From positions 1 through 54,920 of the IMG/VR virus record IMGVR_UViG_3300013005_000046: DNA of 54,920 nucleotides; one strand, given 5' to 3'. Origin of the DNA: a virus (Duplodnaviria > Caudoviricetes). This document shows, one piece after another, positions 45,078 to 54,920 of the stretch (the first letter of the stretch is position 1; each line of letters opens with the position of its first letter). Position numbers and translations under genes: made by a program. A model generated the notes under the pieces. That model saw only the letters and a program-made list of their open reading frames with translations, did not search any database and was not told the origin of the DNA.

Positions 45078-45151
45078 TGGGGGGTACTGGACTTGAACCA
45101 GTGACCGACGGATTATGAGTCCGCTGCTCTAACCAGCTGAGCTAACTCCCC
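45078..45151 (-). tRNA. tRNA with CAU anticodon (Ile2 or elongator Met)
   Basis: Cloverleaf; anticodon loop CTCATAA. Confidence 0.88.
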
Positions 45152-45156
45152 TAGTG

Positions 45157-45309
45157 TTACTTACGGTGTTTCCCAGTACCCTTCTTAATTAAAGCATTTA
45201 CCAAAATCATATAGGTTAGCCAAGCAAAAGCTAGTTCAAATCCTACATTCATCAAAAAATCTGCCAAGATGTGGTGTGGATCTGTAATTATTTCTATCCA
45301 GTTTTGCAA
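45157..45309 (-). CDS. 50-aa membrane protein between tRNA genes
   Basis: AGGAG RBS; TTG start; hand translation. Confidence 0.55.
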   Translation of the reverse strand: MQNWIEIITDPHHILADFLMNVGFELAFAWLTYMILVNALIKKGTGKHRK

Positions 45310-45331
45310 ACGTTTCTCCTATTTTTACCAG

Positions 45332-45405
45332 CGACTCCAACCAGACTTGAACTGGCGACCCCTACCGTGACAGGGTAGTGCTCTAACCAACTGAGCTATG
45401 GAGCC
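45332..45405 (-). tRNA. tRNA-Asp(GUC)
   Basis: Cloverleaf; anticodon loop CTGTCAC. Confidence 0.92.
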
Positions 45406-45431
45406 TTTGTATTAGTATAGCAGGAAAGGGA

Positions 45432-45632
45432 TTAATCCACAAGTCTTTCGTATGCCCAGCCAAGAACGCTTGCTGAAACATCGTCATGATCATACTGCTT
45501 TTCATAAATAAGATTACGAAGCTTAGAGAAGATTTTAATTCTTTCAGACATTCTAATTAGCTCAACAGTCATTGGATCAATGCCGTCGATACTTTTGGAG
45601 ATATCCATATCTATTTCATTAGGATTATCCAT
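45432..45632 (-). CDS. Hypothetical protein
   Basis: GGAGG RBS. Confidence 0.65.
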   Translation of the reverse strand: MDNPNEIDMDISKSIDGIDPMTVELIRMSERIKIFSKLRNLIYEKQYDHDDVSASVLGWAYERLVD

Positions 45633-45647
45633 AAGGCTTTGCCTCCG

Positions 45648-46961
45648 TTAAGCAGCTATGTAAGTGCCGTTAATGTATATTTTGCTAATAGTTGAAAGTG
45701 TTACTGGTGTACCCTGCACAAACAGGCCTTCTCTAATTGGAGCATTAGCACCACCTGCTGACTTGAGGTAGTGCAAGTCTAGAACGTCAGTAACTCCTGC
45801 AGTATCAGCATTAATAATTGTGTGCCCAGTTCCAGTGTCTGGACTTACATCTGGATCAGCCCATGCCCAACCACTAAAGTGATTAAATCCAAATTGTGGA
45901 GTAAACGGAAGCTGTAGTTTGTACTGTCCAGTTCCGAAATTTGTCACGGTAGATAGATCAACCTCAATAACAAAGCTAACTAGTTTGCCTGCCTTAACGT
46001 AGTATGAATTATAGGTAGGGTGTGTTGCACCTGTTCCAGTAAAGGTTAAACCAGTTGCCGTGAAGGTTGGTGTGTATCTTGTCGAAGCTTCTAAACCAGA
46101 GGTTCCACTAGCACCGTCTGCACCATCTGCACCTTTTGGAAGAAATATGGCCCACTCCGCAGTGTTGCCAACTGGATCTCCTAAGCCACCGCTTGATGTT
46201 GCAATGTAAAGATTATTATCGCTTCCCTTTACAACAGCTAGGTTTGCAATATATCCATTACCTGAAACATAGTTGCCTAAATAGACAAGTCCTGGACTAC
46301 CAGGATCACCCTGTGGTCCCTGTGCCCCATCAGCACCGTCTTCACCAGGAGCACCATCACTACCATCTGCACCGTCTGCTCCATCAGCACCAGCTGTGCC
46401 AGCAGGAATAATTAGAGTCCATTGACCTGGGGTAGGAGCATATCCTGCAGCACCAATAAAATTATTTAATTTCCAAAGACCACCCTGAAAAGTAACTGCA
46501 TCATTACCAGCATAAGTTACTCCGTAGTCAAACTCGCCTTGATAGTTAAATGGCATGGGTCCAGGGTCACCCTGTGGGCCCTGTGCACCATCAGCACCGT
46601 CTGCACCTGGGGCACCGTCAGCACCATCAGCTCCAGGGGCTCCGCCAGCACCTGCTGGCAAGATAAAAGATTCGTTGTCATCGATAACCCAACCAGTTGC
46701 AGAATTTGGATCTTCACGAACTACATAAACTTTAGTTGGGTCGCTATTGTCTTTTACAAAAGCCCACCAGTCTCCATCAGCTAAGCCTACTGGCCCACCC
46801 TGATATACTGCAAGAAAAGCAGTTACGCTATTCCACGTACCAAGAAACAAAGAGTCTTTGCCATCAATACCATCCGCTCCATCTGCACCATTAGATCCTG
46901 CTGGACCTGCTGGGCCTACATCGCCTTCTCCGCCAGCAGAGCTGCCACTAAACCTAGCCAT
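45648..46961 (-). CDS. Collagen-like fibre protein
   Basis: Several GADGADG/GPQGDPG tracts separated by small beta domains. Confidence 0.85.
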   Translation of the reverse strand: MARFSGSSAGGEGDVGPAGPAGSNGADGADGIDGKDSLFLGTWNSVTAFLAVYQGGPVGLADGDWWAFVKDNSDPTKVYVVREDPNSATGWVIDDNESFILPAGAGGAPGADGADGAPGADGADGAQGPQGDPGPMPFNYQGEFDYGVTYAGNDAVTFQGGLWKLNNFIGAAGYAPTPGQWTLIIPAGTAGADGADGADGSDGAPGEDGADGAQGPQGDPGSPGLVYLGNYVSGNGYIANLAVVKGSDNNLYIATSSGGLGDPVGNTAEWAIFLPKGADGADGASGTSGLEASTRYTPTFTATGLTFTGTGATHPTYNSYYVKAGKLVSFVIEVDLSTVTNFGTGQYKLQLPFTPQFGFNHFSGWAWADPDVSPDTGTGHTIINADTAGVTDVLDLHYLKSAGGANAPIREGLFVQGTPVTLSTISKIYINGTYIAA

Positions 46962-47242
46962 TAGTTACCAGTCTCTAGGTTAGTCTTTATAACTGCAACC
47001 TGAGAGCTGTTTGTGTCAGTGATTGCATACATGGCATCCTTTCCTGGAAGCTCAAAAGAAATAGCTGTTCCAGGATTTAGGCGGTATCCATAAGAAGAAG
47101 TTGTTACACCCTCTCCACCAATGTAAACATAAGCAGAGGCGTGAATATTCTGAATGGTAATATCCATTCCAGAGTGAACTCCATTAGGAGTTAGGCGGGT
47201 AGCAGATGAACTGCTAAGAGTAGTTAAGGCATGAGAAGTCAT
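46961..47242 (-). CDS. Small beta protein (putative virion decoration)
   Basis: IQN..VYIG..V...GY.L.PG; leaderless start. Confidence 0.7.
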   Translation of the reverse strand: MTSHALTTLSSSSATRLTPNGVHSGMDITIQNIHASAYVYIGGEGVTTSSYGYRLNPGTAISFELPGKDAMYAITDTNSSQVAVIKTNLETGN

Positions 47243-47299
47243 ACCTCTATTATATAGCAATATAACGCAGACTAACACTTTTATTGCTATAATATATGC

Positions 47300-48013
47300 A
47301 TGACTTTATCTTATGAGAATATTCCAAAAATTGTACCAGGGGCCTATGGCAAAGCAAAAATAGAGTACTCCTTGGAGTCTAGATCATTTTTCTTGTTTTA
47401 TGATGATGTAAAGTGGATGGGGGTTTACGATGACTTTTCTGATGCTTTTGATAATCTATATTCTCAATATGAGATTGCTTATGGCAATGTTTTGATTACT
47501 GGATTGGGGTTTGGAATTCTTTTAAAAGCCCTTGAAAAAAAGGAAGAGGTTACATCTATAACTGTTTTGGAGCAGCAGCAAGACGTTGTCGATGCATTCT
47601 TAATGCATAATGAAATTGACAAGAATAAGACAAAAATACTTATTGAAGATGCGACTACATATCATACAGACGAAAAATTTGATTGTTTTTTACCAGACCA
47701 TTATGAGCAACAAGGATTTTGGTGGAAGGTAGAAGATATGAACAAGCTTTCAAAAAGAATAAATAATGACCATTTTTGGCCGTGGTCAATAGAGGCTTTG
47801 TTTTTTAAAGCCATGTATCCAATTGCCGTGTATCCAGAAAGTCCTGAAGAAATATTCACAATATATGCTTCAGAGATTTACCCAAAATGGGAATTCTTTA
47901 TCAACAAGTATTTTGATGGAAACACTAGCTTGCTGTCAGTCCCAGAAGATAAAGTTATAAATTACCTAACTCGCCCAGACTGGATCTTAATTTCAAGATC
48001 AATGATGAATTAA
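47300..48013 (+). CDS. Class I SAM-dependent methyltransferase / spermidine-synthase-like
   Basis: VLITGLGFG..V.E..DA. Confidence 0.7.
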   Translation: MTLSYENIPKIVPGAYGKAKIEYSLESRSFFLFYDDVKWMGVYDDFSDAFDNLYSQYEIAYGNVLITGLGFGILLKALEKKEEVTSITVLEQQQDVVDAFLMHNEIDKNKTKILIEDATTYHTDEKFDCFLPDHYEQQGFWWKVEDMNKLSKRINNDHFWPWSIEALFFKAMYPIAVYPESPEEIFTIYASEIYPKWEFFINKYFDGNTSLLSVPEDKVINYLTRPDWILISRSMMN

Positions 48014-48076
48014 TCTTTTTATATTGCCCATTTTTATTCCTCTCTCATATGGAAGTGGTATGGGCCACACCATTAG

Positions 48077-48148
48077 CTCCCCCTCGTGGATTCGAACCAC
48101 GGACCTTAGAGTTAACAGCTCTCTGCTCTGCCGCTGAGCTAAGGGGGA
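48077..48148 (-). tRNA. tRNA-Asn(GUU)
   Basis: Cloverleaf; anticodon loop CTGTTAA. Confidence 0.92.
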
Positions 48149-48157
48149 TAATTTCTC

Positions 48158-49138
48158 TTATGGAGAAACCCTTACCCACTTTTCTGTTACCAGACCATCT
48201 AGCCACATAGCAGCGACACTGGCCGTTGCTGATGAGGTGGCATGGGGAATATTACCAAACACTATAGACTTATAGCTAAGTGTGCTTGATGGCAAAGCAC
48301 CAACATAGTCAGTAGCTGCATCATGGTTGCTTGATGCCAAGAACTTATCTCCAAATCCAGATGCAACAGATGCTACGTCTGGAATACAGGCTGGATAAGA
48401 AACTGGTCTTCTGTTTCCATCATTGCCAGTTGCAGCAAATACTGGAATACCAGCTATTTTAAGATCCGCAACTGTGGATCTAATTTGAGGATCTACAACT
48501 GAAGTGTTTACAGAACCAGAAGTAGAAAGTCTGCAGTCTCCAACCTTTGTCATGTTTCCATTCATGCTGTAGGAGAAAGAAACTGCACCAACCTCATCCT
48601 TCTTAGACTGTACAAACTTTAGTGCGTTCAAAAAGTCATTTCCATTTACTACCTGTAATGTTACAGCACCAGTTCTTGAATCTCTTGCTGCAGATGCTGC
48701 CCTAACAAGATATATCTTTACGTCTGGGTTAGCTTTTCTTGCAAGATCAGCCATTACAGTACCGTGGTTAAAAGCACTTGACAGTCCAGCAACTGGGCTT
48801 GGTGTCAGGTCGCATCCTGTTCGTGCAACACAAACATTTACAACTTCCCCAGAAATCTTGCTAGAATCAAAATAGGCATCTACAATTACCAAAGCTTTTT
48901 CTGGAACTCTTTTGACTTCTTCTGTGACTACTAGCTCTGCAGTTGGCTTTGGCTGTTCTACGCTTCTCTGAACAATCTGGCTATTTACAACCCAGCCATT
49001 GTCAACTCCAGCTTTTAGCCACTCTTCATAGTTTGAGATGCTGATAATTGGTCGCTCTGCTGTAGCCTGAGCTGATAGAGGAACGATTGCTAGTAATGCT
49101 GCAAATAATATTGCTGTTGTTTTCTTCATTTTTCTCAT
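48158..49138 (-). CDS. Secreted subtilisin-like (S8) protease
   Basis: Signal peptide; IVD, HGT, ATGNDG, YPAC, TSSAT. Confidence 0.8.
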   Translation of the reverse strand: MRKMKKTTAILFAALLAIVPLSAQATAERPIISISNYEEWLKAGVDNGWVVNSQIVQRSVEQPKPTAELVVTEEVKRVPEKALVIVDAYFDSSKISGEVVNVCVARTGCDLTPSPVAGLSSAFNHGTVMADLARKANPDVKIYLVRAASAARDSRTGAVTLQVVNGNDFLNALKFVQSKKDEVGAVSFSYSMNGNMTKVGDCRLSTSGSVNTSVVDPQIRSTVADLKIAGIPVFAATGNDGNRRPVSYPACIPDVASVASGFGDKFLASSNHDAATDYVGALPSSTLSYKSIVFGNIPHATSSATASVAAMWLDGLVTEKWVRVSP

Positions 49139-49160
49139 ACCTTCTTTTTTATGTTATTGG

Positions 49161-49403
49161 TTATAGCTTAAAACCAGAATTTGTTGCTCTCCAAATAGAT
49201 GGAGAATGATTTTCTTCTACTGCAAGCTTTGTTTCCTCATCTTCATAGAGTCTTAAAATGTGTATGCATGGATCTCCACCATTGTCAAATTCTTCATCTT
49301 CTTCAATGGTTTGTGGCAATCCGTCGTGTGGCAGACAAACTGCTGGTCCACAAAAACCTAGGGACAGCCCCTCTTGTAGCCATTCGTCAAAAGTTTTTTT
49401 CAT
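49161..49403 (-). CDS. Hypothetical protein
   Basis: C..HDG..GGDPC.H..R motif; leaderless. Confidence 0.75.
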   Translation of the reverse strand: MKKTFDEWLQEGLSLGFCGPAVCLPHDGLPQTIEEDEEFDNGGDPCIHILRLYEDEETKLAVEENHSPSIWRATNSGFKL

Positions 49404-49418
49404 ACCTATATTATACCT

Positions 49419-49946
49419 TTACGTATTTAAAATGTCAATAGTTCCAGAGCATGTCTGAGAAAACTTTATAGCTGCCTTAACTGCTCCCTGAGCAACTTCT
49501 TCAGGCTTATCAAAAGAAGTGGCTCCATATAAATAACCCAAAGCAAAATGACATCCAGAGCCTATAGCAAGATACCCCAAAGAGTAATCATTTAAAGACA
49601 TGTCAGAAGAGCTGTGCTCATAAAGCCTGTCCTTAATTCCAATAATCATCTCTAGCTCAGAATCTTTTGACGTATCTACCCACCACTCATCGTAGAATTC
49701 TCTAAGGTATTTTAAGAAAGTTGTGTGCATGAATTCATCTAGGTTTTCATCTTCATGTGGTCTTGGTGGATCAAAGGTATAGGCTAACCTCTGCCCTTCC
49801 ATAGTTCCAGCAAATCCAATTACGTATGGTCCAAAACGATGAATCTTTGGTTTTGTTAAATGCATAATGCTGTCTTCAGTAGAAGCCCCACGCTCCCCAG
49901 CAATATATACTTTATTATTAGCCTTTAGGCCAACTATGCATGTCAT
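49419..49946 (-). CDS. Ntn-hydrolase (HslV/proteasome-beta-like)
   Basis: MTCIVG (N-terminal Thr); AIGSG..ALG. Confidence 0.85.
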   Translation of the reverse strand: MTCIVGLKANNKVYIAGERGASTEDSIMHLTKPKIHRFGPYVIGFAGTMEGQRLAYTFDPPRPHEDENLDEFMHTTFLKYLREFYDEWWVDTSKDSELEMIIGIKDRLYEHSSSDMSLNDYSLGYLAIGSGCHFALGYLYGATSFDKPEEVAQGAVKAAIKFSQTCSGTIDILNT

Positions 49947-50022
49947 GACAAAACCCCTCGTAGATGATTTACTGTATCAGTATACACCATCCAGAGGGGG
50001 TCTGTCAACTAGGGTTTAAAGC

Positions 50023-50298
50023 CTATTTCTTGCCTGACTTCTTGTCAACTGTAGCAAAAGCATCGTTGATCTCAGCCATGGTTAGCTTACCATCATCTAG
50101 GTATGCACGAGCTAGCTTCTCAACTACCGCTGCAACTCCTAGGATTCCAGCCATCATTACAGCAGAAATTAGATCTACGCCTACAACTGCACCAGCACCT
50201 AGGACGGTAAGTCCAGATGCTGCAAATACTGCTACAATCCTAAAGATGATGTTTTTAACTGTGGACCAGCCACCAGTTACTCCATATTCTTCTTCCAT
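50023..50298 (-). CDS. Two-TM membrane protein (holin-like)
   Basis: Hydrophobic helices; DDGKLT..EIN. Confidence 0.7.
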   Translation of the reverse strand: MEEEYGVTGGWSTVKNIIFRIVAVFAASGLTVLGAGAVVGVDLISAVMMAGILGVAAVVEKLARAYLDDGKLTMAEINDAFATVDKKSGKK

Positions 50299-50316
50299 TT
50301 TTGGGTTTCCTATCTA

Positions 50317-50502
50317 CTAGTTATCTTCTTTTTCATAACGAAAAATCGGAAATGTTACTATCCATACTAATAGGGTAATTAGTATTAGATTTCCTGTTAG
50401 CTCCTTTGCAGAACCCTCCAGGACAAGCCAAGCCACGACCATACCAAGCAATGTCCATGCCTGATCTATGACGTCCTTAGCTAATGCTATTAAAAATTTC
50501 AT
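50317..50502 (-). CDS. Small membrane protein
   Basis: WTLLGM..W.VLEGSA. Confidence 0.7.
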   Translation of the reverse strand: MKFLIALAKDVIDQAWTLLGMVVAWLVLEGSAKELTGNLILITLLVWIVTFPIFRYEKEDN

Positions 50503-50503
50503 T

Positions 50504-52228
50504 CTATGCTCCGTTCCTTAAATTAACTGTTGTTGCTATACCGCTTAGAGAAACTGCTGATAGTGCTGCTTGCACTGCAACAACTGCGATAACTACTATC
50601 TTTTCTGAATCTTCTCTCACTTGTGGACTCATGTCTGCTCCCGCATTTCCAAGAAAGTTAATGAGCTCTGTAGCTCCTCCAAGAACATCTCCAAGAAGAG
50701 GAATGGCTGCAAGAGCTTCATCCAAAATAATGTCATCTGCCTGTGCTGCTACAAACAAAGCCTTAAGGGCCTGTTCGTACTCTGGAGAGCCTTGCTCGGC
50801 TGTTTCAAAGGTTTGTAGGGCAGCCTCAATAAGAGCCTCTACCTGAGCCTCTGAGAGGTCTGTAGCTATGATCTGCTCTAGATCTACCTGCATCAACTCT
50901 TCAGTAGAAAGCTCCTCTGGTAATTCTTCTGCAGATGTGATAGAATCTTCTTCAGGTTCTATAATAGGAGGTTCAATTGGTTCAGGTTCAGTGGGGGATG
51001 GTTCTTCAACGGGTTCTTCAGGTTCTGTGGATGGCTCTTCTGGTTGCTCTGTTTCCTCTGGCTGTGGTGGTGTCGTTACTTCTGGCTCTGGCTCCAACGA
51101 TGGTTCTGGTTCTGGGACTACTGGTGTGGAGGGCTGTTGTCCTGATCCAGCGTTCTCGCCAGGGGATGGCTGAGGAAGACTCTCAACAGGAATATCTTCA
51201 TAAACTATAAGCAAAATTAAAACTTTTGGTGTTCCTGGTGCTGGATCATTAGCAAATGTTGTATTAGAAACTTCAATAGTTGCAGAAGTTTCTCCCGCTA
51301 GTAGCTCAAAAAGGATAGATGAAACCTCTCCTCCACGTGTACTATCATTTGGATCCCCATAATACCCAACAGCACTTGCAATTCTTTGCCCTTCGGGTGC
51401 AACCACCTGAACAAGTGAACCTTCATTCGTAACTGTTGCCCCATCTGGAATAGTTGGTGGAGTTAGTGTTGGAGTAGGTTCTGGAGTTGGCGTCGGTTCT
51501 GGAGTAGGCTCTGGTGTTGGCTCTGGAGTAGGGGTAGGGGTGGGCTCTGGGGCTGGCGGATTAAATGGAGCCTCTTCAGTTGGCTCTGGTGCCAATACTG
51601 GTGGCTCCTCTGCTTCTTCAATTCCATAAGTTTCGAAGTCAACAACTTGACCGTTGTTTAGACGTACTCCAGTTCGTGGATTGTTTTGTGGGTACTATGG
51701 GCCACTAAGGGTGTAAGCCATTGCAACTGTGCCATCTGAAAGAATGGCAGCAGTAATGATGATCCTTGTTGGTTCTGGTGTGCCTTGTAGCCAGATTGGT
51801 CTAGCTGAAATGTCTACCTGGAATCCACCATCCGATGAACGAATAATTAAGTGCTCGTCATTTCTCCACTGTGGATAGACAACCCAGTCGAAAGAGTAGA
51901 GGGAGATAGAGGGGGTTGACGGGTAAGTCCAGTAGGTTCCGTCTGGAGCACCAAACGTAATTACTGAGTTTGTGGTTGCATAGATGTTATTGTAGACAAC
52001 TCCATCAAAAGTTACAGTAGTTGTAAGTGGTATCTGGTATGAGACGTCGTCTCCACCACAAGTAAAAATTTCAGTAACTACAGGCTCTGTAGACCCATTT
52101 TGTTGGGCAGCAGCAACGGCTGCAACCTGTCCTGGGTTGACACAACTAGCGTTTGCTGAATCGGCAACGAGAAAAAGGGGGCCAAATGATATAGCAAAAG
52201 CTAAGAAAATTCTAATTAGGGTTTTAAT
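50504..52228 (-). CDS. Secreted/membrane-anchored Pro-Glu-rich protein of about 574 codons, with ATT start and one in-frame TAG at 51695-51697
   Basis: AGGAG RBS 6 nt before ATT 52228; signal peptide; frame continuous with track ORF 50504-51595 except for ..LSGP*YPQN.. Confidence 0.7.
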
Positions 52229-52288
52229 TTTCTTCTCCTTGTTAGTCTTATACTAACAGGATAATTATAACATTTTATTTAATGTAAA

Positions 52289-54920
<2,632 letters not shown>

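Noticed and set aside
44228-52228. Genome-wide stop-codon reassignment
   Set aside because: The two internal stops are different codons (TGA, TAG), both codons end many intact genes here, and no suppressor tRNA was seen

Overview
This is a 55 kb piece of a large, AT-rich tailed-phage genome. The host is most likely an actinobacterium (inference from whiB, class Ib nrdE/nrdF, many leaderless genes and an actinobacterial-type short-arm tRNA-Leu(UAA)). Layout: (i) 1-13.2 kb, minus-strand tail-fibre and virion accessory genes, including three proteins with (PPFF)n repeats; (ii) about 14.4-26.7 kb, a divergently transcribed putative early region of tiny ORFs in cassette-like units; (iii) 26.9-54.9 kb, accessory genes for cell-wall hydrolases, Hsp20, glycosyltransferases and a Stealth-like protein, a sulfation module, tRNAs, proteases and ribonucleotide reductase. 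The most striking unexplained signals are non-coding or recoding: a 15-copy promoter class TGTCGG-N10-TAnnnT; DnaA boxes, 11-bp-period TGTTAT repeats and GACAC boxes stacked on the first early promoters; a covarying compact RNA pseudoknot found five times in 3' UTRs; and a candidate -1 frameshift fusing a tail fibre to an FN3/PPFF tip. Also noted are membrane micro-proteins ending in an SSB-like PPF tail and two genes split by single in-frame stops. All calls come from reading the sequence by eye; no database searches were run.
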